The notes beneath the pieces are model-generated. The model was given only the letters and a program-made list of their open reading frames with translations, searched no databases and had not been told where the DNA came from. The translations under genes were made by a program, and so were the position numbers. Shown piece by piece: positions 9,941 through 18,986 of a DNA stretch of 64,000 bases; the stretch's first letter is position 1; each line of letters opens with the position of its first letter. The DNA comes from an uncultured Gemmatimonadales bacterium (GTDB lineage: Bacteria; Gemmatimonadota; Gemmatimonadetes; Gemmatimonadales; GWC2-71-9): NCBI GenBank assembly GCA_963779755.1, contig CAVZZO010000003.1, positions 576,001 through 640,000 of the forward strand, given 5' to 3'.

Positions 9941-9996
9941 GTCCTGCCGTCCTGCCGTCCTGCCGTCCTGCCGTCCTGCCGTCCTGCCGTCCTGCC
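9941..9996. repeat. Perfect tandem repeat (GTCCTGCC)x7
   Basis: Read directly from sequence. Confidence 0.95.
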
Positions 9997-10003
9997 GCCC
10001 GAA

Positions 10004-10053
10004 AAAAGTGCCCCAGGCTCTCCGAAGCGACACCGGACATCGCTTAGCGCTGC
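10004..10053 (-). repeat. Duplicated 3' end of ffs (att-like direct repeat of 12090-12139)
   Basis: aaaagtgccccaggctc(t/c)ccgaagcgacaccggacatcgcttagcgctgc, 49 of 50 identical. Confidence 0.9.
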
Positions 10054-10203
10054 CAAATCCGGCCAATTCTGGCGGATCCTTGCGCTTGCAGGACCCTTCC
10101 CGGAAAAGCAAGTTGGGAATCATGACTGGATTTCCCCCTCAACCCACGGAAACGGCCCGGCATCTGCCCAGATGGGTGGGCTGCGGGCTGTAACGCCCTT
10201 ACC

Positions 10204-11865
10204 GTGCTGCTCGGGGCGTCGTCGCTTCTTGAGGGACAATCCCCGCAGCAGCGGGAGTCTCTGCTGCGCTACCAGGATTCCCTGCAGGAGATGCCTCCCG
10301 CACTGCTCCGCCGGGAGATGGACACGCGCCGGGCACAGGCCGACAGCGAAGCAACCGCAATGGCCCACCTTCGGCTGGGGCTGGCGGCGCTGTCGGTCGG
10401 GCAGAGGGTGGACCACTACCAGCTCGACCGCGCCCGGGGTGCCTTCGAGCAGGCGGCCAGACTCGAACCTGACTGGCCGTGGCCACGGTATGGCATTGGG
10501 CTCGCTCGCCGGGATGACATCTCACGCGGCGACGGCCGCGTGGCATTCCTCCGGCGTTTCTGGGGCAATCGCGACGCCTGGGCGCTGCGTGAACCGGGCA
10601 CGCGACTGCTCGATCACTACAGCAGGCTTCAATACGCCCGGCGGCATTTCGCCCTCGAGGTGAACCGCCGCTTCTACCGGTTCGTGGATACGTACCGGTC
10701 CGGGAGTACGGAACTGGATGACCGGGGCATCGTCTATGTCCGGCAGGGGCCGCCGGAGAAGCGGATCACTGTACCCATCTTCGGCTTCTTTCCCAATGAA
10801 ACCTGGCGATACAAGCGAGCGGACGGCGACCTTCTGTTGCACTTCAGTAGCGGGGGTGGGCAGTCAGGTGGGCACCAGATTGGAGGCGATCTGGGAGATT
10901 ATCACCTCATCCCCAGTCTGCTGAACGCCGGTACACCAGGAGGCGCCACCCCGGCGGCGGGCGGCGATAGCGTGATGCTTTTTGTGTCCCGAACGCCCGT
11001 GACCGATCTCTATGCAAAGTACATGACCTGGGGCCCGGAAGGCCGGAGTCGGGCTATACGAGAAGAGCAGCGAATCGTCGCTCTGAGTACCACCCTCGCC
11101 ACGCAGACCGACGCCGACGAGCTGACCTTTGATTCTGCATTGACGGTGGTCTCAGAGCTTATCGCCCTCGGCACCAACGGTAATCTGACGATGGTTCATG
11201 TGCTGGCCGGCATCCCGGTGAACGTCGGTACCGGTTCGGATCAGCGCCTGACCACGATCCGCACCAGCCTCGGGGTCTTTGACTCTTCCGGAGATCCTGT
11301 GGCATCGCTGGATACCGCCGTCATCCTCCGGCTCACCGGCCCGGTTGCGCCCGGAAGCTGGGCATTTACTCGCGCCCAAGTCGCCGTATCTCCCGGCCAC
11401 TGGACGTATCGGCTTGCTATCGAGCAAGGTGGTGACCGAGGCGTGGTGTTACCCAGAGCCACCATCGCGGTCCCCAACCTCGACGGATCCCGGATCGCCA
11501 TGAGCGACCTGGTGATCGCTCCTTTGCCAGGGAGCTGGCCCTGGCCGCTGGCATCGGGGGATACCGTTTATGCCAGCCCGCTTCACACCTACGGTCGTGG
11601 AGGGCGCATCAGCCTGTACTACGAGGTGTATGGTCTGAAAACTGGTGACTACTCAACCAGGATTTCCGTCTACGAGCGTAAGGGCGCGGAGTTGGGACGA
11701 CGCCGGTTGTCCCTGTCCTTCCACTCGACGGCCAGGGCCACTGTCGCACGCGAACAGCGGACGATTGACCTCCGCGACCTGCAACCTGGCCAGTACTGGT
11801 TGGAGGTTCGCGCCGGTGAAGCCGTACGCAAAAAGGCGATGACGATCGTCGACACGTCGAAGTAG
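10204..11865 (+). CDS. GWxTD-like domain protein lacking the central TPR block (start uncertain)
   Basis: FWGNRD...RLLDHYSRL, LDDRGIVYVRQGPP, PNETWRY, ISLYYEVYGL, LQPGQYWL. Confidence 0.75.
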   Translation: MLLGASSLLEGQSPQQRESLLRYQDSLQEMPPALLRREMDTRRAQADSEATAMAHLRLGLAALSVGQRVDHYQLDRARGAFEQAARLEPDWPWPRYGIGLARRDDISRGDGRVAFLRRFWGNRDAWALREPGTRLLDHYSRLQYARRHFALEVNRRFYRFVDTYRSGSTELDDRGIVYVRQGPPEKRITVPIFGFFPNETWRYKRADGDLLLHFSSGGGQSGGHQIGGDLGDYHLIPSLLNAGTPGGATPAAGGDSVMLFVSRTPVTDLYAKYMTWGPEGRSRAIREEQRIVALSTTLATQTDADELTFDSALTVVSELIALGTNGNLTMVHVLAGIPVNVGTGSDQRLTTIRTSLGVFDSSGDPVASLDTAVILRLTGPVAPGSWAFTRAQVAVSPGHWTYRLAIEQGGDRGVVLPRATIAVPNLDGSRIAMSDLVIAPLPGSWPWPLASGDTVYASPLHTYGRGGRISLYYEVYGLKTGDYSTRISVYERKGAELGRRRLSLSFHSTARATVAREQRTIDLRDLQPGQYWLEVRAGEAVRKKAMTIVDTSK

Positions 11866-12093
11866 TGCTTGGCACCTCACGGCCGGTAGCCGCTCAGCGG
11901 GACACTCGGGTGAGGCGTGAGGTGGGGAGGCGGGGAGGCGGGAGGCAGGGCAAGCAGCGACGGGAACGCATTCCCAACGACGGAAGCAGTGTGCCTGGGT
12001 GGGTACCTCAGGAGATTGCCACGCCCGCTGGCGCGGGCTCGCAATGACGGCCATTCTCTGGCCGCCTTGCACCGCCTTGCCGCCAAAAGAAAA

Positions 12094-12194
12094 GTGCCCC
12101 AGGCTCCCCGAAGCGACACCGGACATCGCTTAGCGCTGCTACCGGCGAGGTCCTGACGCGGTTCGCGCGCCAGCGCCCTTCGGACCTGGGGCAT
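12094..12194 (-). ncRNA. ffs: Signal recognition particle RNA (small bacterial SRP / 4.5S)
   Basis: Long hairpin ATGCCCCAGG/CCTGGGGCAC; domain IV GAACCGCGTCAGG-ACC-loop-GGT-AGCAGCGC; TAACTT -10 upstream; upstream of dnaX, a common ffs position. Confidence 0.9.
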
Positions 12195-12204
12195 CTCAAA
12201 GTTA

Positions 12205-12280
12205 AGGGGGAAAGGGAGAAATGGGAATCGGGAAAGGTCCGTTTTCCCCTTCCCCCCTTCCCGTTCCCCCTTTTCCCGCC
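12205..12280. repeat. Palindromic heptamer array
   Basis: gggggaaagggagaaatgggaatcgggaaag ... ttttccccttccccccttcccgttccccc. Confidence 0.7.
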
Positions 12281-12283
12281 CCC

Positions 12284-12323
12284 AAAAAACTGGAGGCACC
12301 GAGACTTTCGCCCCGATGCCCCC
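12284..12323 (-). terminator. Intrinsic terminator
   Basis: GGGGGCATCGGGGC-GAAA-GTCTCGGTGCCTCC followed by AGTTTTTT; G-U pairs form only on the minus strand. Confidence 0.85.
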
Positions 12324-12440
12324 TGTATCGCCGGAACCATCCCCCAACCCGCCCCCCGGATGACCCCGGCGGTTTCATTCGTCCGCTGCCAATGGTTTGT
12401 CACTCATTGACCCCGGCAGCGCCGGGCGCAGACGAATGCT
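12284..12440 (-). ncRNA. Candidate structured small RNA, family not recognised
   Basis: CATATT -10 at 12448-12453; three-way junction, 14-bp hairpin with G-rich loop, then terminator; no credible ORF. Confidence 0.55.
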
Positions 12441-12500
12441 GAGGACGAATATGGGCACCGCAAGTGAGGGGATTGTGAAACAGGTGTGAAGGGGAGATCA

Positions 12501-12566
12501 GAAACGGGGAAAGGGGAACAGGGAATGGGGAAGCCCCGAATTCCCCATTCCCTTTTCCCGCTTTCC
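12501..12566. repeat. Palindromic heptamer array at 3' end of the M14 peptidase gene
   Basis: gaaacggggaaaggggaacagggaatggggaa ... ttccccattcccttttcccgctttcc. Confidence 0.75.
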
Positions 12567-12571
12567 GGCTG

Positions 12572-15286
12572 TTATCGCCCCGTCCCCATCAGGATCGCAT
12601 TGCTCACCAGCCTCGCCGTCCCTCGCCAGAACGCCCGGAAGAGCGGGTCTTCGGCGAAGAGCACCACGTGCCCGCGCCCCACGTTCTCCACCGCCGCCCA
12701 GACCGATTTCCGCAAATATTTCTCGGTGTTCCCGGGCCACGCAAATCCGGCGAGCCGCAGGCTGTCGCCGGTAAAGACGACCGGATTCTCCCCCTTTTGG
12801 GAGGGGGCGAGCGAGACCCCCTGGAGGAAGACCGGCAGCGCCGCCCGGCCATACCCGTAGGCCAGCCAGTGCAGCGTGTCCAGCGTGGCGCGGAAGACGC
12901 TCCCCTGGATGTCCTCCGGCTCCTTGTGATGCGACGCCTCCGGCGAGGCCAGCGGCACCCCCGCGACCACTGTATCGGCCGAGTCGGCTGAGGGACCCTT
13001 TCCCTTTTCTCCCTTTCCCTCTTCCCTTTCGTCCGAGCCCACCGGCTTGGCGCTGGTCAGATCCACTTCCTTCCGGCTCAGCAGTGACACCGCCCCGCCG
13101 GCCGCGATCACCAGCCCCCCGCCATTCACCCAGTCCTTCAGGCGCCGAGCCCCGCCCTCTCCCAGTTGGCGCCAGAGGCCGCCCCCGTATCCGCCCGGCA
13201 GGATCAGGACGTTGTAGTCGTCCAGCCGCATCCGCCCCAGGCTGCTCAGCCGGACAGGCACCACCGGCAGGTCCAGCTCGCGCTCCAGATAGTACCAGAA
13301 GTCCCCGAAGGCGGTGGCGCTGATCCCGTCGCCCGCCGCGAGCAGCACACGTGCGGGATGCAGCGCCTCGACCATCTCGCTGCCCACGCCGTACTGCCCG
13401 CTGTCGGGAAAGCCCGACTGGATGGCGGTCACTTCGACCCGGTCTTCAGCCGCCAGCTGCGCGATCCGCTGGTGCAACGAATCGGGGTTCCGCGCCACCC
13501 GCAGGATGAAGGTGCCGCGGGGCCAGCTGGCGCTGTCGGCCCGGAAGGGCTGGGTGGCGCTCCCCAGCGAGAAGCCTTCGCCCAGGAGGTGCAGCGCCAG
13601 ACGGGCGGCATGGTCGCGGTCATCGGGAAAGACATACGCCACCCGCGCCCGCCCGCCGGACACTCCTCCGGCCTCGGCGCTGTCGGCCCCGGCGGGCACG
13701 CCCGCCACCGGCGCGGTCTCGCCGGTCCACCAGGCGTCCAGTCCGAACGCCAGCGGCAGCGACCAGGCGGTGATGTCATAGAATTCGTAGCCCTCGTGCC
13801 CGGCATCGGGGCCGCGCGCCCCGTTGCGGGCATAGCGGGCCAGCTGCGCCTGGACGAAGCTGGAATCAATGCGCGGATCGGGCTCCAGCAGGGCCGCCGC
13901 CAGGCGGGCCTGCGGCTGCGCCAGGTCCACTATCCACGCGCCGGCCGGAACGACGCGGGCGGAGGCATTGCCGCCCAGATAGGAATGTGCCCGCGCCAGC
14001 CGCAGCGGCGCCCGGGTCCGCTGCACCTCGATACCTTGGCGCTGGAGGAGCTCGGCCAGCTGGCGGGCCCGGTCGGGGTGGTCGCCGGCGGTCCACACCA
14101 CCCGCCGGAGCGGGGCGCGCGCCGCATCGGCCATACCTCCCACGCGGAAATCGTAGAAGTCGCGCAGCAGCCGCTCGCGCGAGGCCGCCGCCGTCGCCAG
14201 CGTCGCCAGCGAGGCCACCTGGTGGTGCGCAATCCCGTCGCGGAAGCTGGTGACAGTGCCGTCGTCCTTGCGCAGGCGCAGCTCGGGCCCGCCGTCGCTC
14301 TCGAAGGTCATCCCCACCGCGCCGTTCAGCACGGGCCAGCTGTCCCAGTATCCGGCGTAGAACAGGTCGAACTCGTCGCGCACGTAGTAGAGCCAGCCGA
14401 AGGCATCGAACGCCGCCGCGTTGCCCCGGCCGAAGCGCTCCAGCCAGTCGCGAATGGTGCCGGGCACGTTGGCGTTGATGGGGCGGGCGTCGGGCGGGAA
14501 GAAGTACTGCGCGGTGGTGCTGTGCAGATCGGCGAAGGCCTGCGGGTGCCAGCGCAGGATGGCCCCGGCCAGGGCCCGCGTCTCCGGCTGCGACTGGGCG
14601 ATGAGATCGCGGTTCATGTCGAACCGGTAGTGATTGTAGCGGCCCACCACGTCCCAGGGCTCGTTGTGCTCCAGCGAGCCCGGCTCGTCGCTGCCCACCG
14701 CCACCGAGTTGGACCAGGCGGCGAACCGCTCGTGTCCGTCCGGGTTCTGTGACGGGTTGATGATCGTCACCACGTTCCGCAGGATCTCCAGCGTGGCGGG
14801 CTCGTCGGAGGCCAGCAGCTGGTAGGTGGTCGCGAGCGCGGCCTCGAAGCCCGCGGGCTCGTCGCCGTGGATGGAGTGGGAGAGCATCACCACGGCGGGA
14901 TCCCGGGCGGCGATGGCCGCGGCCCGTTCGGCGCTGGTACGGCGGGGGTCGGCCAGCGCGGCAAGGTCGGCGCGGATGCTGTCGATGCGGGCGAGGTTCC
15001 CGGGCGCGGAGATGATGATGAGCCGCATCACCCGTCCCTCGGGCGTCCGGCCGATCACTTCGGTGCGCGAGCGCTCGGGCGCCGCCTGCACCATGCGCTC
15101 CAGCGCGGCCTGCTGTTCGGCGTACATCGTCTGCCGCGATCCCAGCGGATGGCCCAGCAGCGAGTCGGGCCGCGGCACGGCGGCACGATAAGGCCCGCGG
15201 GCGTAGAAGTCGAAAGGCTGCTGCGCCTGGAGGGGCGCCGCAACCGCCAGGGATGCCAGCAGAAAACCGGCCCGGATGAGAGGCAT
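12572..15286 (-). CDS. Exported M14 family zinc carboxypeptidase with C-terminal glutamine amidotransferase-like domain
   Basis: Signal peptide; SIHGDE, NPDG, RYNHYRFDMNRD, DLHS motifs; YNVLILPGG...LKDWVNGGG. Confidence 0.88.
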   Translation of the reverse strand: MPLIRAGFLLASLAVAAPLQAQQPFDFYARGPYRAAVPRPDSLLGHPLGSRQTMYAEQQAALERMVQAAPERSRTEVIGRTPEGRVMRLIIISAPGNLARIDSIRADLAALADPRRTSAERAAAIAARDPAVVMLSHSIHGDEPAGFEAALATTYQLLASDEPATLEILRNVVTIINPSQNPDGHERFAAWSNSVAVGSDEPGSLEHNEPWDVVGRYNHYRFDMNRDLIAQSQPETRALAGAILRWHPQAFADLHSTTAQYFFPPDARPINANVPGTIRDWLERFGRGNAAAFDAFGWLYYVRDEFDLFYAGYWDSWPVLNGAVGMTFESDGGPELRLRKDDGTVTSFRDGIAHHQVASLATLATAAASRERLLRDFYDFRVGGMADAARAPLRRVVWTAGDHPDRARQLAELLQRQGIEVQRTRAPLRLARAHSYLGGNASARVVPAGAWIVDLAQPQARLAAALLEPDPRIDSSFVQAQLARYARNGARGPDAGHEGYEFYDITAWSLPLAFGLDAWWTGETAPVAGVPAGADSAEAGGVSGGRARVAYVFPDDRDHAARLALHLLGEGFSLGSATQPFRADSASWPRGTFILRVARNPDSLHQRIAQLAAEDRVEVTAIQSGFPDSGQYGVGSEMVEALHPARVLLAAGDGISATAFGDFWYYLERELDLPVVPVRLSSLGRMRLDDYNVLILPGGYGGGLWRQLGEGGARRLKDWVNGGGLVIAAGGAVSLLSRKEVDLTSAKPVGSDEREEGKGEKGKGPSADSADTVVAGVPLASPEASHHKEPEDIQGSVFRATLDTLHWLAYGYGRAALPVFLQGVSLAPSQKGENPVVFTGDSLRLAGFAWPGNTEKYLRKSVWAAVENVGRGHVVLFAEDPLFRAFWRGTARLVSNAILMGTGR

Positions 15287-15317
15287 CGGATGGTCGAAGG
15301 TCAAAGGTCGAAGTCGA

Positions 15318-15360
15318 TCCTGCCGTCCTGCCGCCCTGCCGTCTTGCCGCCCTGCCGCCC
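15318..15360. repeat. GYCCTGCC octamer tandem repeat (about 5 units)
   Basis: tcctgcc gtcctgcc gccctgcc gtcttgcc gccctgcc. Confidence 0.8.
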
Positions 15361-16295
15361 TACGTCAACACTGCCCGCTGTTCCTTGAGCCGGTTTCGCA
15401 GATCCCAGGTTTCCGCCACGACCCCTCCCAGCAGGAAGACGATGGCGGTGTAGAAAACCCAGAGCACGAACAGGATGACCGCCAGCAGGTTGGCGTTAAA
15501 GGTCAGCTGCTCCGCCGCCACCACGTGGGCCAGGTAGAACCCGAAGAGCCGCTTGGCGATTTCAAAGGCGATGGTCGTAAAGACGGAGGCGACTACCGCC
15601 GGCCGCCAGGGGAGGCGCCGGATGGACGCGAAGCGATAGACGATGAAGAAGAGCAGCAGGGCGAAGAGAAACGCCAGCCCCTGCCCCAGAATGCGCCCCA
15701 GGGTGGTGAGGAAGAAATCCAGCGGCGCCACGACCGTTTCGCTCCGGGCCTGCAACACGCTCAGCGTCGTGGACGCCACCGTATTGAAGAAGAACAGGGC
15801 GATGGTCGCCACCACCATGGCCACATCGCGCAGCTTGCCCAGGAGCCAGGCAACGACGAAGTGCCGGCGCTTGGGCGGCCGGAGCGAAACGTCATAGAGA
15901 TAGTTGAGCGAGGTACGGATACCGGCGAAGAGCCGGGTGCTGAACCAGACGAACGTGGGGATGGCGTAGAGCGAGATCTGGCCCCGGTTTTCGGCCACCT
16001 TGGTGAGCAGCTGCTCGACCGCGGTGAAGGGATCCTTCCCGCCGATCAGCACGTGGGGAGGGAGGAACGGTTCCAGCAACTGATGGACGTCCACCTGCGA
16101 AGCTGATCCCTGAAGCTGTACCAGGTAGCTCAGGAGGATCAGCAGCAGGAGGATGAATGGTACGGCCGCCAGGAGCGCGTCGAAGGTCAGCGCGCTGGCC
16201 AGGAACGGGACATTGTTCTCGTCGGCGGCCTGGAGCGTGCGGCGGACGAACCCGCGTATGGTGCGGTGCCATCCGCCGAGCGCGAGTGTGGTCAG
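15360..16295 (-). CDS. YihY/virulence factor BrkB family membrane protein (probable CTG start)
   Basis: Frame continues upstream of the called GTG through ENNVPFLASALTFDALLAAVPF, the typical YihY N-terminus; AFEIAKRLFGFY; multiple TM segments. Confidence 0.85.
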   Translation of the reverse strand: MTTLALGGWHRTIRGFVRRTLQAADENNVPFLASALTFDALLAAVPFILLLLILLSYLVQLQGSASQVDVHQLLEPFLPPHVLIGGKDPFTAVEQLLTKVAENRGQISLYAIPTFVWFSTRLFAGIRTSLNYLYDVSLRPPKRRHFVVAWLLGKLRDVAMVVATIALFFFNTVASTTLSVLQARSETVVAPLDFFLTTLGRILGQGLAFLFALLLFFIVYRFASIRRLPWRPAVVASVFTTIAFEIAKRLFGFYLAHVVAAEQLTFNANLLAVILFVLWVFYTAIVFLLGGVVAETWDLRNRLKEQRAVLT

Positions 16296-16699
16296 GCCGT
16301 GGGCTCCTCGTTTTCGTTGGTGGCCGCGGCGCGGCGCGAGCGGGCTTCCTGCAGCCGCCGCTCCAGCTCCTCACGGGCATTATCCACCGCATGCCCCGCC
16401 TTCTGGACCCCGGTTTCCACCTTTTCCAGCGTCCGGTCCCGGGCCGACTCGTAGTTCTGCCGCAGGGCCCGGGCACCCTGGCTGACCTGATCGCTCAGTT
16501 CTTCGGCCTTTTCTCCGGCCGCCGCACGCAGCTTCCGGAGGCGCTTCTGCATGTCGCGGCGGCTCTCCTCGCCGCTCTGGGGCGTGAAGAAGTAGGTCAG
16601 CACCGCACCCAGCGCCGCGCCCACCAGAAACGACTTGAACACGCCGCCAGTGTCCCGTTCCACATACAGGACACGGGGTTCCTCATCGTGGTCTCGCAT
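16292..16699 (-). CDS. YtxH domain-containing protein
   Basis: FLVGAALGAVLTYFFTPQSGEESRRD followed by coiled coil. Confidence 0.85.
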   Translation of the reverse strand: MRDHDEEPRVLYVERDTGGVFKSFLVGAALGAVLTYFFTPQSGEESRRDMQKRLRKLRAAAGEKAEELSDQVSQGARALRQNYESARDRTLEKVETGVQKAGHAVDNAREELERRLQEARSRRAAATNENEEPTA

Positions 16700-16796
16700 A
16701 CGACTTCCTCCCTTCCCGGGCCGCCACGGCCCGCTTTGGTCAACGATCCAATCTAACGTCCGCCCCGGGGGTCACAAAGCAATCCGGGTCACAGCA

Positions 16797-18169
<1,373 letters not shown>

Positions 18170-18173
<4 letters not shown>

Positions 18174-18943
18174 ACCTCCACCGTCAGCCCGTCATGGGCA
18201 GGGAACACACCCGGCGGGAGCTGCCCCGCCAGCTCCGCGTGCCCCGTCTCGTGGGTCAGGTGCGTCAGAAAGGTCCGTTCCGCGCCCAGCTCGCGCGCGG
18301 TATTGATCGCTTCGGCGATGCTCAGGTGCGTGGGATGCTCGCGCCACCAGAGCGCGTTCAGCACCAGGACGCGCAGATCCTGGAGGTGGGCCCGCTCCGC
18401 CTGCGCCACCGCCTTCACGTCTGTAATGTAGGCGAGGTCGCCGAAGCGGTAGCCGAAGACCCGCAGGTGCCCGTGCCGGAAGGCGAGCGGCAGCACCCGT
18501 TGCCCCGCCACGGTGATCTCCCGCCCCGGTTCCAGCGCGTGGGGCTCGAGCCGGGGCTTGGAGGTGCCGCGAAAGGCCTCGACCGAGTCGTCGAAGATGT
18601 AGCGGAAGGTGTTCCGGAGCCGGTCCAGCGTCTCGGGCGGCCCATAGACGGGCAGGGGCCGGCTGTTCCGCATGGTGAAGATCCTGAGATCGTCGATGCC
18701 GTGGGTGTGGTCGGCGTGTTCGTGCGTGTAGATCACCGCGTCCACCCGGCTGACGGCCGCGCGAACCAGCTGGAGCCGCAGCTCGGGCGGAGTGTCGATC
18801 AGGATCGCGCTGTCGCCCGTCTCCAGCAGGGCGCCGCTGCGCATGCGCGCATCCCGCGGATCGGACGAGCGGCACACCGCGCAGTTGCAACCCACCTGGG
18901 GAATTCCGAATGAAGTTCCGGTGCCCAGGAAGGTCAGCCGCAT
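18170..18943 (-). CDS. MBL-fold metallo-hydrolase (PhnP-like)
   Basis: FLGTGTS.G.P..GCNCAVC, THEHADHTHGIDD, YITD, LTHLTH. Confidence 0.9.
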
Positions 18944-18986
18944 GGGGGAATTCCGCTCCGGAACACCGCGGCGGGGCCGCCCGCGG

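Larger units (their letters stand above)
10004..12139. mobile_element. Integrase-less genomic islet inserted at the SRP RNA gene
   Basis: Intact ffs at one end, displaced 3' fragment at the other; single cargo gene on the opposite strand to its neighbours, with more A/T-ending codons by eye. Confidence 0.65.

Noticed and set aside
9787..10056. N-terminal extension of ORF 7633-10056 with RQDGRTAG repeats
   Set aside because: It is translated octamer repeat, REP and ffs-fragment DNA; the signal peptide and -10 element support a start at 9786
10054..12089. Integrase or transposase inside the islet
   Set aside because: No ORF with tyrosine/serine recombinase or DDE motifs recognised
12439..12480. 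Hammerhead ribozyme core (CTGAGGA...GAAA) on the plus strand
   Set aside because: Stem II closing pair and flanking stems do not form
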